Origin: Thermotogota bacterium
GTDB lineage: Bacteria > Hydrothermota > Hydrothermia > LBFQ01
Direction of reading: 5' to 3'
NCBI GenBank assembly: GCA_013154295.1
Contig: JAADCS010000008.1
Span: 1 to 57,425 of the forward strand
Length of the DNA stretch: 57,425 nucleotides
Shown piece after piece: positions 38,357 to 47,785 of the stretch. A program made the position numbers and the translations under genes. A model generated the notes under the pieces. The model saw only the letters and a program-made list of their open reading frames with translations, did no database searches and was not told the origin of the DNA. Numbering within the stretch: position 1 is the stretch's first letter; every line of letters starts with the position of its first letter.

Positions 38357-39355
38357 TTATAGGGTGGAAAGTTGTTTGGTGATGGCTTTATTGAAAGCGA
38401 AAACCATGTCGGAGATGTGGGCTATCCTACTACCACTTGAAAGTGCCGATTTTTTAAACATTTTCAAGCTTGAGAGAACTTTTTTCAGACCCGATGTCAG
38501 AGCTTCGGATGTAGGAGGAACCACTTCTACGCCGGGTAGATTCCAAACGGCAGCTCCATCCACATCGGTGGCCACTACCGGTGTACCGCAGGCCAAAGAC
38601 TCTAAAACCGGAAAGCCCAATCCCTCGGTGCGAGAGCTCAAAACGAAGACATCGGCGGAGGAATACAGACGGCGCAGTTCGGTATCGTTTCTTGGGAAGA
38701 ATCGTCGTGTTGATAATGGAAGTTGGGGTATCTCCACATCTCTTCCACCGACGAACCAGATCTCAAAACTTAGTGTTTTAGCCAAAAGTTCTATCACTTT
38801 TAGAAAAATATCAAAACCCTTTCGTCTTTCCTTACGGGGCATATACATCACTACCGGTAGATCTCGTTTAAGTGAAGGGTCAGGATCCGGAAAGAAGGTG
38901 TTCTTATCAACTCCTGCCGGTATAACATGCTGCGCATGGACTAATTTTGCCAAGGCCGGATTGTAGGTCACCTTTACGAGGGGGAAGGAATAGGTCAGAT
39001 GGGCAGCTACTTTGAAAATGGGGTTTGAGTAAAATCTACTCTCCACGTCCTGAACGAAGTAAATCATCCTTCGGGAGAAAGGAAACAAATAAGCTGTGGG
39101 CCAGAAGTTAGCCACGATCATATCGTACCCTTTAACGAGAGGAACGAACCTAAGTAGAGCCGACAGGCGGTTTCTTCCGGGGACCTCAACTCTTTTAACT
39201 TCGGGTCTTATATGGAAGGTAGTTTCGGATCGTTCCCTTGGATAAAGGATACTGATTTCATGCCCATAATCTACCAAACCGTTTGCTATCTCCAAAACTT
39301 TTCTTACTCCTCCGAAGTTACCTAAGCCTAGGAGGGGGAACGCTATTCTCGCCAC
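38357..39355 (-). CDS. GT4 family glycosyltransferase
   Basis: GGVR, RKG and YSSADVFV.SS..EGLGFPVLESLACGTPVV. Confidence 0.9.
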   Translation of the reverse strand: MARIAFPLLGLGNFGGVRKVLEIANGLVDYGHEISILYPRERSETTFHIRPEVKRVEVPGRNRLSALLRFVPLVKGYDMIVANFWPTAYLFPFSRRMIYFVQDVESRFYSNPIFKVAAHLTYSFPLVKVTYNPALAKLVHAQHVIPAGVDKNTFFPDPDPSLKRDLPVVMYMPRKERRKGFDIFLKVIELLAKTLSFEIWFVGGRDVEIPQLPLSTRRFFPRNDTELRRLYSSADVFVLSSRTEGLGFPVLESLACGTPVVATDVDGAAVWNLPGVEVVPPTSEALTSGLKKVLSSLKMFKKSALSSGSRIAHISDMVFAFNKAITKQLSTL

Positions 39356-39364
39356 GCCGCGGGA

Positions 39365-39805
39365 TCACTCCAGAACCTTGACTTCCGGTATCTTGCCATC
39401 GAATTTGATCCACCTTCCACCACCGGTTATCCTCCAACGCCATGAGACCTCGTAGGTTTTCTTGGTGGGTACGTTTATGGCCCTGGCATAGTATATTACG
39501 AAAACTGTATCTCCCTTGCGCTCGACTCTCCAACCGGAGGTATCCGGTTGGGCCACCTTGGGTAGATAAGCTATGTTTCCACTTGCAGCCGCCTTTATCA
39601 GCTTGCTTATGAACTGCGGATCCTTAGCCCTTTTTCCTTCGTATTGAGCTATCACCACTGCCACGCCTCTGCCACCCCGAACTATATCTTTTTGGGATTC
39701 GCTTAGGTTGGCTTTAACCTTCTTTATGGCTGCCTCATCGGAGAGAGAACCTCCGGAGCATCCGATCAAAACCCCTAACAGTAAGAAGGAGATCAATTTT
39801 CTCAT
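39365..39805 (-). CDS. Hypothetical lipoprotein
   Basis: Signal peptide II with lipobox LIGC; -10 motif upstream. Confidence 0.7.
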   Translation of the reverse strand: MRKLISFLLLGVLIGCSGGSLSDEAAIKKVKANLSESQKDIVRGGRGVAVVIAQYEGKRAKDPQFISKLIKAAASGNIAYLPKVAQPDTSGWRVERKGDTVFVIYYARAINVPTKKTYEVSWRWRITGGGRWIKFDGKIPEVKVLE

Positions 39806-39832
39806 GGTACGTGGATTTTACGGTCGTAGGTT

Positions 39833-40747
39833 TCAGTAGGTTTCGTCGAAGCGGCGCACGCAGTCTTCGTTTATGTGAAGTTTGAGCTTTTTGGCCACCT
39901 CCAAGTTGAATCCGGAGATTCCCTTGGTTTTCCCTTTGACGAAGAAGATGTACCTTTTCAAGATAACGGAGCGCCAGTCTACGGAAGTGCTGTCCTCTTC
40001 ACCACCTTTAACTCTTTCGAGCAGGTCTTCTATCAAGGAAGCCAGGGCATCTCCTATCTCCTCCTCCTCAGGTTCCCATCCCATCAGGGCTCCCTGTCTG
40101 ACATCGCTAATCCTAACACCGGCTACAGCTATTTTTCTTTTGGCAGCACCTTTTAAAAGGTCTCTAAGGTACCTACCCAAACTCACACGGGAACCGGATG
40201 GCACCCAAATTACTCTTACGCCCACGCTTTTGAGGTCGTCTAAGACTTCGTTTATCTGCGAAGGTGAGGATACGAACTGTATGTGCATTTCGAAAACTCC
40301 TGGGTTGGTTTCGTAGAAAAGACGGTTGAGTGTCCCCCAATCTTCGGTGTGAAGTATTATACCTAAGATCTTGGCCTCCTTCACGCTGCACAGCAACCTC
40401 TCTAACTGATCCCTGTAGTCTATGGCCACATACACACCAGCAAAGTTCTGGGGTGGGTCTATCAGATGGGTGTAGTTTTCAACGTACAGGACCGGATGGT
40501 TTTTAACGTACTGGGAGGCAAACCGTAGAGATTTTGGTCCCAGGGCCACGATCAGGTTATACTTATCACCTTTCATCTTCCAAAACCTCTTCCAAAAGGT
40601 CGTTGGGGATTCATCTTTGGGAACCCTCTCCCAGGTCATAACTTGGACCAAACCCTGTAAATGATACTTCAGTCGGTTGGAGATGGCCTTTGAATAGAAG
40701 GCCATGCTATCCCTTAGGACCAGAACTTGACCCATCAGAAAGAGCAT
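39833..40747 (-). CDS. ABC-transporter substrate-binding-like protein
   Basis: LIVALG, PVLY, GII and V..GAL pattern typical of ABC_sub_bind; no cognate permease nearby. Confidence 0.55.
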   Translation of the reverse strand: MLFLMGQVLVLRDSMAFYSKAISNRLKYHLQGLVQVMTWERVPKDESPTTFWKRFWKMKGDKYNLIVALGPKSLRFASQYVKNHPVLYVENYTHLIDPPQNFAGVYVAIDYRDQLERLLCSVKEAKILGIILHTEDWGTLNRLFYETNPGVFEMHIQFVSSPSQINEVLDDLKSVGVRVIWVPSGSRVSLGRYLRDLLKGAAKRKIAVAGVRISDVRQGALMGWEPEEEEIGDALASLIEDLLERVKGGEEDSTSVDWRSVILKRYIFFVKGKTKGISGFNLEVAKKLKLHINEDCVRRFDETY

Positions 40748-40759
40748 GGTTTTTATATT

Positions 40760-41659
40760 TTACGGGTGACTTAAACCCCGGGATACCAAAATCCCAAGAG
40801 CCACGGAGTTGAGTTTGTCCTCGTCACTTTCGTTTCGTGAGGGTATGAGTATGGGAACCTTGGCGCCGAATATAACGTGCCCGACCGGGACTTTGGCATA
40901 GTAGGTGTAAGCTTTACCTAAGATGTTGCCCGCCTCTATGTTTGGAACCACCAAAATATCGGCTTCACCGGCCACCTCGCTTTCCAAGTTTTTTCGTCGT
41001 GCGGCCATCTTTGAGACGGCCACGTCCAAGGCCAACGGCCCATCCACCACACAATCTGACGATCCCCCCTCTTCGTATATCCTTTTTATCTCAGCTGCCT
41101 CTACGGAAGAAGGAATCTTTTCTGTGGGATACTCAACCGCCGATAGGAGGGCGACGCGAGGCTTATCGAAACCTAACGTATGGAAAACCTCTACAGCGTT
41201 TTTAACGATCTCCAGTTTGGTTTTCAGATCGGGAGCAACATTCACGCCGCCGTCGGTCATTCCTACGAGGCGGGACTTATCGGTGGCGGGATCCTCGGCT
41301 ATCAAGACGTCCGAGAGTATCCTGTCGGTACGGAGTCCTCTCTCTTTCCTTAAGACCTCCTTAAGGAGGGTTCCCGTTTTCAGAAAACCCTTCATTATGA
41401 TGTGGGCCTCGCCCTTTAAAACGTCCTCTACAGCTCTGCGGGACGCCTCGTGGGGATCGGTGACCTTTTTGATCCTTATCCCATAGGGTAGGGATGGAAG
41501 CGTTTCCGATATGTAGAGTATAACACTATCCACCAGTCCCATCTGCACCGATTTAATAGCCGTTCTCAGGCTGTAATCGTCAACGCCCCAGGGTATGGCT
41601 AAAACCATACCGGTGACCTTTTTTGCCTCCTCCCTTATTTGGGCAAAACTCCTATACAT
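40760..41659 (-). CDS. ptb: Phosphate butyryl/acetyltransferase
   Basis: MKGFLKT, TDGGVNVAP, ALLSAVE, DGPLALD, PNIEAGNIL and SR. Confidence 0.88.
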   Translation of the reverse strand: MYRSFAQIREEAKKVTGMVLAIPWGVDDYSLRTAIKSVQMGLVDSVILYISETLPSLPYGIRIKKVTDPHEASRRAVEDVLKGEAHIIMKGFLKTGTLLKEVLRKERGLRTDRILSDVLIAEDPATDKSRLVGMTDGGVNVAPDLKTKLEIVKNAVEVFHTLGFDKPRVALLSAVEYPTEKIPSSVEAAEIKRIYEEGGSSDCVVDGPLALDVAVSKMAARRKNLESEVAGEADILVVPNIEAGNILGKAYTYYAKVPVGHVIFGAKVPILIPSRNESDEDKLNSVALGILVSRGLSHP

Positions 41660-41671
41660 GAACCTAAGATT

Positions 41672-42382
41672 TTAACTTTGCACCATCTTTAGGAGGACCC
41701 GCCAGTCACCATATTCGACCCGATAACCTTTTGAAGCCAACAGCACTTTTAAAAGTAGGGATAAACCCTCCCCTTTGAGAGCCTTAGGGTTTAACAGATT
41801 CTCAACCACGTACAAGTATGTCTCATGAGGGTTGAGGGGGGTTATACGGGGTTCGGTCAGATGGGGGACGTAACGTACTAAAAACAGCGAGCTTAGGGGT
41901 ACGGGAGGAGAGATTCTATCCAGCGGCGTCGATATATCTACCGGCAACGTGGGATAAATCAGGCCATCGCGTGGATTCAAGGCCACCATATCATCCGATA
42001 GATAGCCGTAGGTTTCCTTTAAAAAGCCTTTAGCGACGGTACTCTTACCCCAGGCGTGCTGACCCAGAAACATGTAAGCTTCCCCTCGATGAGCTACGGC
42101 ACTGGCATGTAGGAGGAGAAAATTCTCTGCATTCCTTCCATAGAAATTACGCAGAGCCCTTCCCAGAAAAACGGCTACCCGTTTAGGTTCTATGTCACGT
42201 AGGTGTATAACACCTGAAGAAGGTAGAAACTCGTTGGAGCTATCCTCCAAAAGGCACATGTTACGCAGACACATACAGGGATAGAATTGGACTATCTCCC
42301 GGACCAAGAAGAGAGCCTCTTTTAGCTTTTCGGAATGCCTCAAAAGGATATGGGCGTCGTATATACCTAGGGCTGTGGTCAT
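41672..42382 (-). CDS. HPr kinase-related P-loop protein
   Basis: LHASAV, a Walker A-like GQHAWGKST and LSDD. Confidence 0.7.
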   Translation of the reverse strand: MTTALGIYDAHILLRHSEKLKEALFLVREIVQFYPCMCLRNMCLLEDSSNEFLPSSGVIHLRDIEPKRVAVFLGRALRNFYGRNAENFLLLHASAVAHRGEAYMFLGQHAWGKSTVAKGFLKETYGYLSDDMVALNPRDGLIYPTLPVDISTPLDRISPPVPLSSLFLVRYVPHLTEPRITPLNPHETYLYVVENLLNPKALKGEGLSLLLKVLLASKGYRVEYGDWRVLLKMVQS

Positions 42383-43314
42383 ACCTTTCCTCCTATACGA
42401 TTCTTGAGGTTCATGTGTCCTTCAAGAACCAGTTCAACCTCGTCTCCAACCTCCAAGGAACGTCCAACCTCCACACCGCAAGAGAGAGGTACGGTTCCGC
42501 TTCCCAAAAGTTCCCCAGGAAAGAGTCTTTCACTCAGGCTGGCGTAAGACACCATCTGCTGGGGTGTATGTTGAGCGCCAGTCGTGGTAGAGGATGAGAC
42601 TTCCTCTCCGTTTATGATTACCCTAACCTTAAGATCGTTAAACCGAGGAAGAATCTCGGAAGCTGGTATGACTACGGATGAGATGGCTGTGGCGAAGTTT
42701 TTGGCTTTCACCACAGGACCGAAGGGATTTCCCTCGTACTCTTTGACCTGCACGTCCCGCGCCGAGAAGTCATTTATAAGGACAACCCCACCTATCAACC
42801 TCTCTGCCTCCTTCGGGGTAAGGTTTCTACCTTCTCCCACCAGGACGAAGCCTATCTCCAACTCGTAATCGAGGTAATCGGTATGGGAAGGATAAGGTAT
42901 GATGTCGCCATCGGTGTAGATCTGCAAGTGATTCCCCATATAATAAACTGGCACTTCGTAAAACAATCTGGGAGGTTTTAATAGAAAGCGGAAAATGGGT
43001 AGTCTCACGAGAGGATAGAGAAAGGGTTTGAACTTTTTTATGAGCCCTAATTTGGCTCGCACGTAATGTTTCTCCCAAAGCATGAAATCCCTGAACGACA
43101 GGGGTTTGAAAGGCAACAGGGGTTTTCCGGTTAGAGGAGAGGCTCCTTTCAACGATTCCTTGATCTTTCCCTTCACCTTCTCCCAATCTCTTAGAAGGAT
43201 GAGGAGATCATCCGAATACTCCTTCAAACCCAGAGCTTCAACGGGTATCCAACCATCTCCTTTGCCTACAGCCACACTTACTCTATCTCCAAATCGCACT
43301 CTGGCCAGCCTCAT
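42379..43314 (-). CDS. Fumarylacetoacetate hydrolase family protein
   Basis: RDF, DYELEIG, NDFSARDVQ, KAKNF and GSGTV. Confidence 0.9.
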   Translation of the reverse strand: MRLARVRFGDRVSVAVGKGDGWIPVEALGLKEYSDDLLILLRDWEKVKGKIKESLKGASPLTGKPLLPFKPLSFRDFMLWEKHYVRAKLGLIKKFKPFLYPLVRLPIFRFLLKPPRLFYEVPVYYMGNHLQIYTDGDIIPYPSHTDYLDYELEIGFVLVGEGRNLTPKEAERLIGGVVLINDFSARDVQVKEYEGNPFGPVVKAKNFATAISSVVIPASEILPRFNDLKVRVIINGEEVSSSTTTGAQHTPQQMVSYASLSERLFPGELLGSGTVPLSCGVEVGRSLEVGDEVELVLEGHMNLKNRIGGKV

Positions 43315-44153
43315 CGTAGGTCCCTTAAAAACTCACGGAGATGACGGTTGAATTCCCCAGGATTTTCCAGGGGGGAACTGTGACCTGCCTTCGGTATAAC
43401 TACCAGCCTACTACCTGGGATCGTTTCGTAAAGCTTTAGAGCTTCCTCATAAGGTCGTGCTTTATCCTCCTGCCCGACCACCACCAAAGTTGGCACCCTC
43501 ACTTTGGTTAGTTCTCCAGTGAAGGAGGGACGGTTAAAGATAGACCAGGCGGTTTTGACTAAAGCTTCCTTTTTCATCGGGTCTTTACTCCATGATCTCC
43601 ATTTCTCCTCATACTCCCGTACGAACGGTTTCCTTAAAGAACTTTCGGCAAATAGGATTCTCTTTAGAGAGTTGGCCAGAAGAGAAGGACCGAAGATGTA
43701 AAAGAACAGCGTCATCAAACTCCAGAGTATTTTCTTTGAAACTACTTCTGAATCCGCTCCGGTATCCGCCAAGACCAAACCTTTTAAAAGCTTCGGATTC
43801 CTCGCCCCTAACCTCATGCCTACGAAACCTCCCATAGATACCCCCACCCAAACGCAAGGATCCTTGTCGCATCCCCAAAAATGAAGGAGCTCCACCGCAT
43901 CTCTGTAGAGTTCCTTAATCTCGTAGCCACAATGGGCCACCTCACTCCTACCTTGCCCCCTCCAGTCAAAGGCTATTACTCTATGGGAGGTTCCAAACTC
44001 CTCCAGCTGGTAGCGAAACATATCGCTGTCCAATAGAAAACCATGAGCAAACACCAAGGTAGGCGATCCCTCTCCCATTTCAGTGTAGAAATAACGTGAG
44101 CTTCTTATATCTACATACGGCACTTCGCCCATTTTAAGGGTGAAATGTCGCAT
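43311..44153 (-). CDS. Alpha/beta fold hydrolase
   Basis: HGF, DWRGQGRS, GVSMGG, G.ED and AGH. Confidence 0.9.
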   Translation of the reverse strand: MRHFTLKMGEVPYVDIRSSRYFYTEMGEGSPTLVFAHGFLLDSDMFRYQLEEFGTSHRVIAFDWRGQGRSEVAHCGYEIKELYRDAVELLHFWGCDKDPCVWVGVSMGGFVGMRLGARNPKLLKGLVLADTGADSEVVSKKILWSLMTLFFYIFGPSLLANSLKRILFAESSLRKPFVREYEEKWRSWSKDPMKKEALVKTAWSIFNRPSFTGELTKVRVPTLVVVGQEDKARPYEEALKLYETIPGSRLVVIPKAGHSSPLENPGEFNRHLREFLRDLR

Positions 44154-44826
44154 TGGCTCTCTTGAGGTCCTCAGGAGTGTCTATACCGAATCCCTCATAT
44201 GGTACTATAGCCACTTTTATTTTCCAACCGTGATAGAGGGGACGCAGCTGTTCTAACTTTTCACTCGTTTCCAAGGGTGAAGGTGGGAGATTTAAGAACT
44301 CCTTCAGGTCCCGCAGACGATAGGCATACATTCCGATATGTATCAGAAACTCCCTGGTACCATGGGGTATAGGCTGACGTGAAAAGTATAGGGCTTCATT
44401 TTTGCGATTTATAACTACCTTCACTCGGTTTGGATCCCTTCCATCGTTGGAAGGGTAGGCCAGGGTGTATATGTGGGCATCTTTCTCTTCGGCCATGCGA
44501 AACAAAGTGTCTATCAGTGAGGGTTTCACGAAGGGCTCATCCCCTTGGACGTTGGCCACTACGGTATCTTCGGGGAGGTCGCCAAGGGCATAGGCGAGAC
44601 GATCGCTCCCCGAAGGCAGATCGGAGGGTGTAAGGATCACCTCACATAGATCAGATACGGCTTGACCTATACGTTCATCATCCGTGGCCACCACCACCCT
44701 GTCGACCTGTGAGCGTAGGGCGGCCTCCACTACCCACCTTATCACAGGTTTTCCGCCCAAAGGGGCCAAGAGTTTACCCGGAAACCTACTGGAGAAGTAC
44801 CGGGCTGGAATTCCAACAACTCGCAT
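44134..44826 (-). CDS. kdsB: 3-deoxy-manno-octulosonate cytidylyltransferase
   Basis: IPARY.SSRFPGK, SGSDR, NVQGDEP, YFSR and EKLEQLR. Confidence 0.95.
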   Translation of the reverse strand: MRVVGIPARYFSSRFPGKLLAPLGGKPVIRWVVEAALRSQVDRVVVATDDERIGQAVSDLCEVILTPSDLPSGSDRLAYALGDLPEDTVVANVQGDEPFVKPSLIDTLFRMAEEKDAHIYTLAYPSNDGRDPNRVKVVINRKNEALYFSRQPIPHGTREFLIHIGMYAYRLRDLKEFLNLPPSPLETSEKLEQLRPLYHGWKIKVAIVPYEGFGIDTPEDLKRANATFHP

Positions 44827-44834
44827 GTGATATT

Positions 44835-45668
44835 CTACGAGCGAAGAAGTTTGCGAGCTGCCCCCCTGGCCGCATCGGTCCCCTCAACTATCACGAATGC
44901 GTACCTTTTAAAGAGCTTTTTAAATTCCGCTGTAAAGAAGGAGGACTTAAAGAGGCCGCCGTGAAGGGCTAAAGTTTTCAACCCACCTAACTCTTCACTG
45001 ACCCTAATACACATACCCAAAAGCTCCCTAAGGGCAGCGCGTACTACAAACAGGGCATCCGTATCTCCCACCTCTGCTGCTTCCAGCACCTTGGGTGAAA
45101 GGGAGGCTATACGACGTACGGCTTCCGGTAGGGAAAGACGATGTATCTCGGCCAACTGGTCTCTTATCGCTTCCAAGTTCTCACTTCCGAAGAGAGCTAA
45201 ACGTAAGAAACTCTCCTTCTTAAGAGCAATTTCAGTGGCTAAACGCCCGATCCAAAAGGCACTACCCCAATCATCTACCAAGGGGCCAAATCCCCCAAAT
45301 CTCACCTTTTTGCCATCGCGCTCACCGTAACATACGGATCCAGTACCAGCTACCACCACCATACCCTCATCGGAGAAGACGTCATAGAAGGCCCCTTCGA
45401 AGTCGGCCATGACGGTTGAGACTCCCAAAATCCTCCGTACCTTCTCTCTTTCATCTTTCCGCCAAACTCCCCTCATGGCCACGGCCACTTTCCCCACACC
45501 TAAGGTTTCAATTTCCGAACGTAGAGCTTCTAACTCATCTCCCCATTTCCAGGAGAGGTCTCCCTTCCCTATCACTGAACCGTCACCGGCCAGAAGGACG
45601 TAACGGCTACCACTCCCACCTACATCCACACCTAAGATCCTCTCACTCTCTGGACTCCGCCTCCTCAA
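44835..45668 (-). CDS. BadF/BadG/BcrA/BcrD family ATPase (N-acetylglucosamine/MurNAc kinase-like)
   Basis: GVDVGGS, AGTGS, GGFG..VDDWGSAFWIG and GGLF. Confidence 0.85.
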   Translation of the reverse strand: MRRRSPESERILGVDVGGSGSRYVLLAGDGSVIGKGDLSWKWGDELEALRSEIETLGVGKVAVAMRGVWRKDEREKVRRILGVSTVMADFEGAFYDVFSDEGMVVVAGTGSVCYGERDGKKVRFGGFGPLVDDWGSAFWIGRLATEIALKKESFLRLALFGSENLEAIRDQLAEIHRLSLPEAVRRIASLSPKVLEAAEVGDTDALFVVRAALRELLGMCIRVSEELGGLKTLALHGGLFKSSFFTAEFKKLFKRYAFVIVEGTDAARGAARKLLRS

Positions 45669-45672
45669 GGCT

Positions 45673-46197
45673 TCACTTTATGATGCCTATGATACCGCAA
45701 GCTACACGGGGCCCAGCATTGCCAGCCGGTTGGGACTTGTAGTCATCGGCTCCTGCATGAATTATCACAGACCTGCCCAAAACCGAGTAGGGAGAAGGTA
45801 CCACGGTGAAGGCTTTCGTTGTGAAGTTTAAAATGGCTTCGCCTTTGGCGTTGCTTTTCATGTTGGGTAGATCGCCGGAATGATGGGTGCCTATGGGATC
45901 GTTAGGATTACCATGTCTGCCGGTATGGTAAGGATCAAAATGGCCACCGGCAGCCTTGGGAGAAGAACAGTCACCGAACTGATGCACGTGTATGGCGAAG
46001 GTTTTGTTTTTAGGTAAACCGGTGATCTTGCCGAATACACGCACTCTCATATCGTCATACTGATAGAAAAGAACCTCCCCACGTACGTTTTTATCCTTGA
46101 AACCGAAGAGTTGAGCTTTGGCCTTCATGATAGGGGAGTCGTCTGTCGCCCCTATCAAAAAAACTGCTACTATTATCAACGTTAAGATCCTCCTCAT
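45673..46197 (-). CDS. sodC: Periplasmic Cu/Zn superoxide dismutase
   Basis: Signal peptide; HVH, AGGHF, HG, HSGDLPN, IIHAGADD and GNAGPRVACG. Confidence 0.93.
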   Translation of the reverse strand: MRRILTLIIVAVFLIGATDDSPIMKAKAQLFGFKDKNVRGEVLFYQYDDMRVRVFGKITGLPKNKTFAIHVHQFGDCSSPKAAGGHFDPYHTGRHGNPNDPIGTHHSGDLPNMKSNAKGEAILNFTTKAFTVVPSPYSVLGRSVIIHAGADDYKSQPAGNAGPRVACGIIGIIK

Positions 46198-46205
46198 AGA
46201 CGGGC

Positions 46206-46236
46206 ATTCTACAGGTGTCGTGTTCCTCTTTACAAT
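46206..46236. promoter_or_regulatory. Back-to-back -10 elements for sodC and lysS
   Basis: TAGAAT (minus, 46206-46211) lies 8 nt before the sodC ATG; TACAAT (plus, 46231-46236) lies 8 nt before the lysS ATG. Confidence 0.65.
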
Positions 46237-46244
46237 TACCCTCT

Positions 46245-47747
46245 ATGGCGTCCTCGGAGTATGAAGTCAGACTCAAAAAGTTAAATATGCTGCGGGATCT
46301 AGGCGTTTCCTATCCCTACAGGTACGATATAACCCACACCGTAGACGAACTCAAGGAGAATTTCCGGGAAGGTCTTGAAGTCAGGATAGCCGGCCGAGTT
46401 ATGACCAAGCGACCCTTTGGTAAGCTCATCTTCTCCCACATAAGAGGTGATTTTACTGACCTCCAGATAATGGTTCAAAGGGGTAGAACCCCGGAAGACT
46501 TCTTCGTGGGTTTAGAGCTTGCCAGGTACGAGGGCAGTAAAAACCCGGCTAAGATTTACGAAAAGCTCGTAGATATAGGGGATGTGGTAGGAATTGAGGG
46601 CCACACTTTAAGAACTAAAACAGGTGAGCCTACTGTCTTAGTCAAAAAACTTACACTGCTTGTAAAATCTCTACATCCTTTACCAGAGAAATGGCATGGT
46701 ATTCAAGATCCTGAACTGAAATACAGAAAACGCTATCTGTACTTAATAACGTCTCTGGAAGCTCGTCGCCATTTCTATAAGCGATTCCTATTCTTAAAAG
46801 AGACCCGACGATTCTTTGAGGATAGAGGTTTCGTTGAATTGGAAACCCCCATACTCCAACCTATCTACGGCGGAGCTACGGCGCGCCCTTTTAAAACCTA
46901 TTCCAATGCCCTGGAAACTGACCTTTATCTCCGTATAGCCACGGAGATCTCCTTGAAGAAGCTCCTGGTCGGAGGGTTCTCGCGCATATACGAGATAGGT
47001 AAGAACTTCCGCAACGAAGGTATAGATTCTACCCACTACCCCGAATTTACAGCCCTTGAGGCCTACGCTGCCTTTTGGGACTATGGTGATATAATGGATC
47101 TTACCGAGGAGTACTTCAATACGATGGTCAAGCTGCTAACCGGAGGCAATGAAACTTTCATCTACGGAGGACAGGAGATAAATGCTGCAAGGCCCTTTCA
47201 AAGGATCTCCTTCGTGGATGCGCTTAACGAAAGGTTAAGTTTCGATGTACTTTCTGCTCCTTACGAGAAACTCCTAAAGGTGGCTGAGAAGGAGGGTATA
47301 AAGATCAAAAAACCAACGAGGGCCAAGCTGTACGATAAACTCTTCGATCATTTCGTAGGTGATCGACTTAAAAATCCCACCTTTGTGATAGATCATCCCT
47401 TAGAACTCTCCCCCTTTGCCCGCAAACACCGCAGTAAGGAGGGCGTAGTGGAGAGGTTCGAGCTCTTCGTCGCCGGTATGGAGGTGGCCAACGCCTTCTC
47501 CGAGCTGAACGACCCCCACGAACAGAGGGATCGCCTCCTGAAGGAGGTCGAACTGCGCAAAGTGGCCAAAGATGAAGAGCTGCCGGAGGATGTAGATTGG
47601 GATTTCATAGAGGCCTTGGAATACGGTATGCCTCCTACCGGTGGTCTCGGATTGGGATTGGACCGCATCTTCATGCTCATAACCTCCTCCGATAACATAA
47701 GGGACGTGATACCTCTCCCTGTTCTAAGACCGAAAAGGGAAGAGTGA
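46245..47747 (+). CDS. lysS: Lysine-tRNA ligase, class II (start moved to ATG 46245)
   Basis: PLPEKWHG, GGATARPF, YLRIA, FRNEG and YGMPPTGGLGLGLDR. Confidence 0.97.
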   Translation: MASSEYEVRLKKLNMLRDLGVSYPYRYDITHTVDELKENFREGLEVRIAGRVMTKRPFGKLIFSHIRGDFTDLQIMVQRGRTPEDFFVGLELARYEGSKNPAKIYEKLVDIGDVVGIEGHTLRTKTGEPTVLVKKLTLLVKSLHPLPEKWHGIQDPELKYRKRYLYLITSLEARRHFYKRFLFLKETRRFFEDRGFVELETPILQPIYGGATARPFKTYSNALETDLYLRIATEISLKKLLVGGFSRIYEIGKNFRNEGIDSTHYPEFTALEAYAAFWDYGDIMDLTEEYFNTMVKLLTGGNETFIYGGQEINAARPFQRISFVDALNERLSFDVLSAPYEKLLKVAEKEGIKIKKPTRAKLYDKLFDHFVGDRLKNPTFVIDHPLELSPFARKHRSKEGVVERFELFVAGMEVANAFSELNDPHEQRDRLLKEVELRKVAKDEELPEDVDWDFIEALEYGMPPTGGLGLGLDRIFMLITSSDNIRDVIPLPVLRPKREE

Positions 47748-47785
47748 AGCCGCATACCCTACTGCGGCGACCGTAGAATATCACA

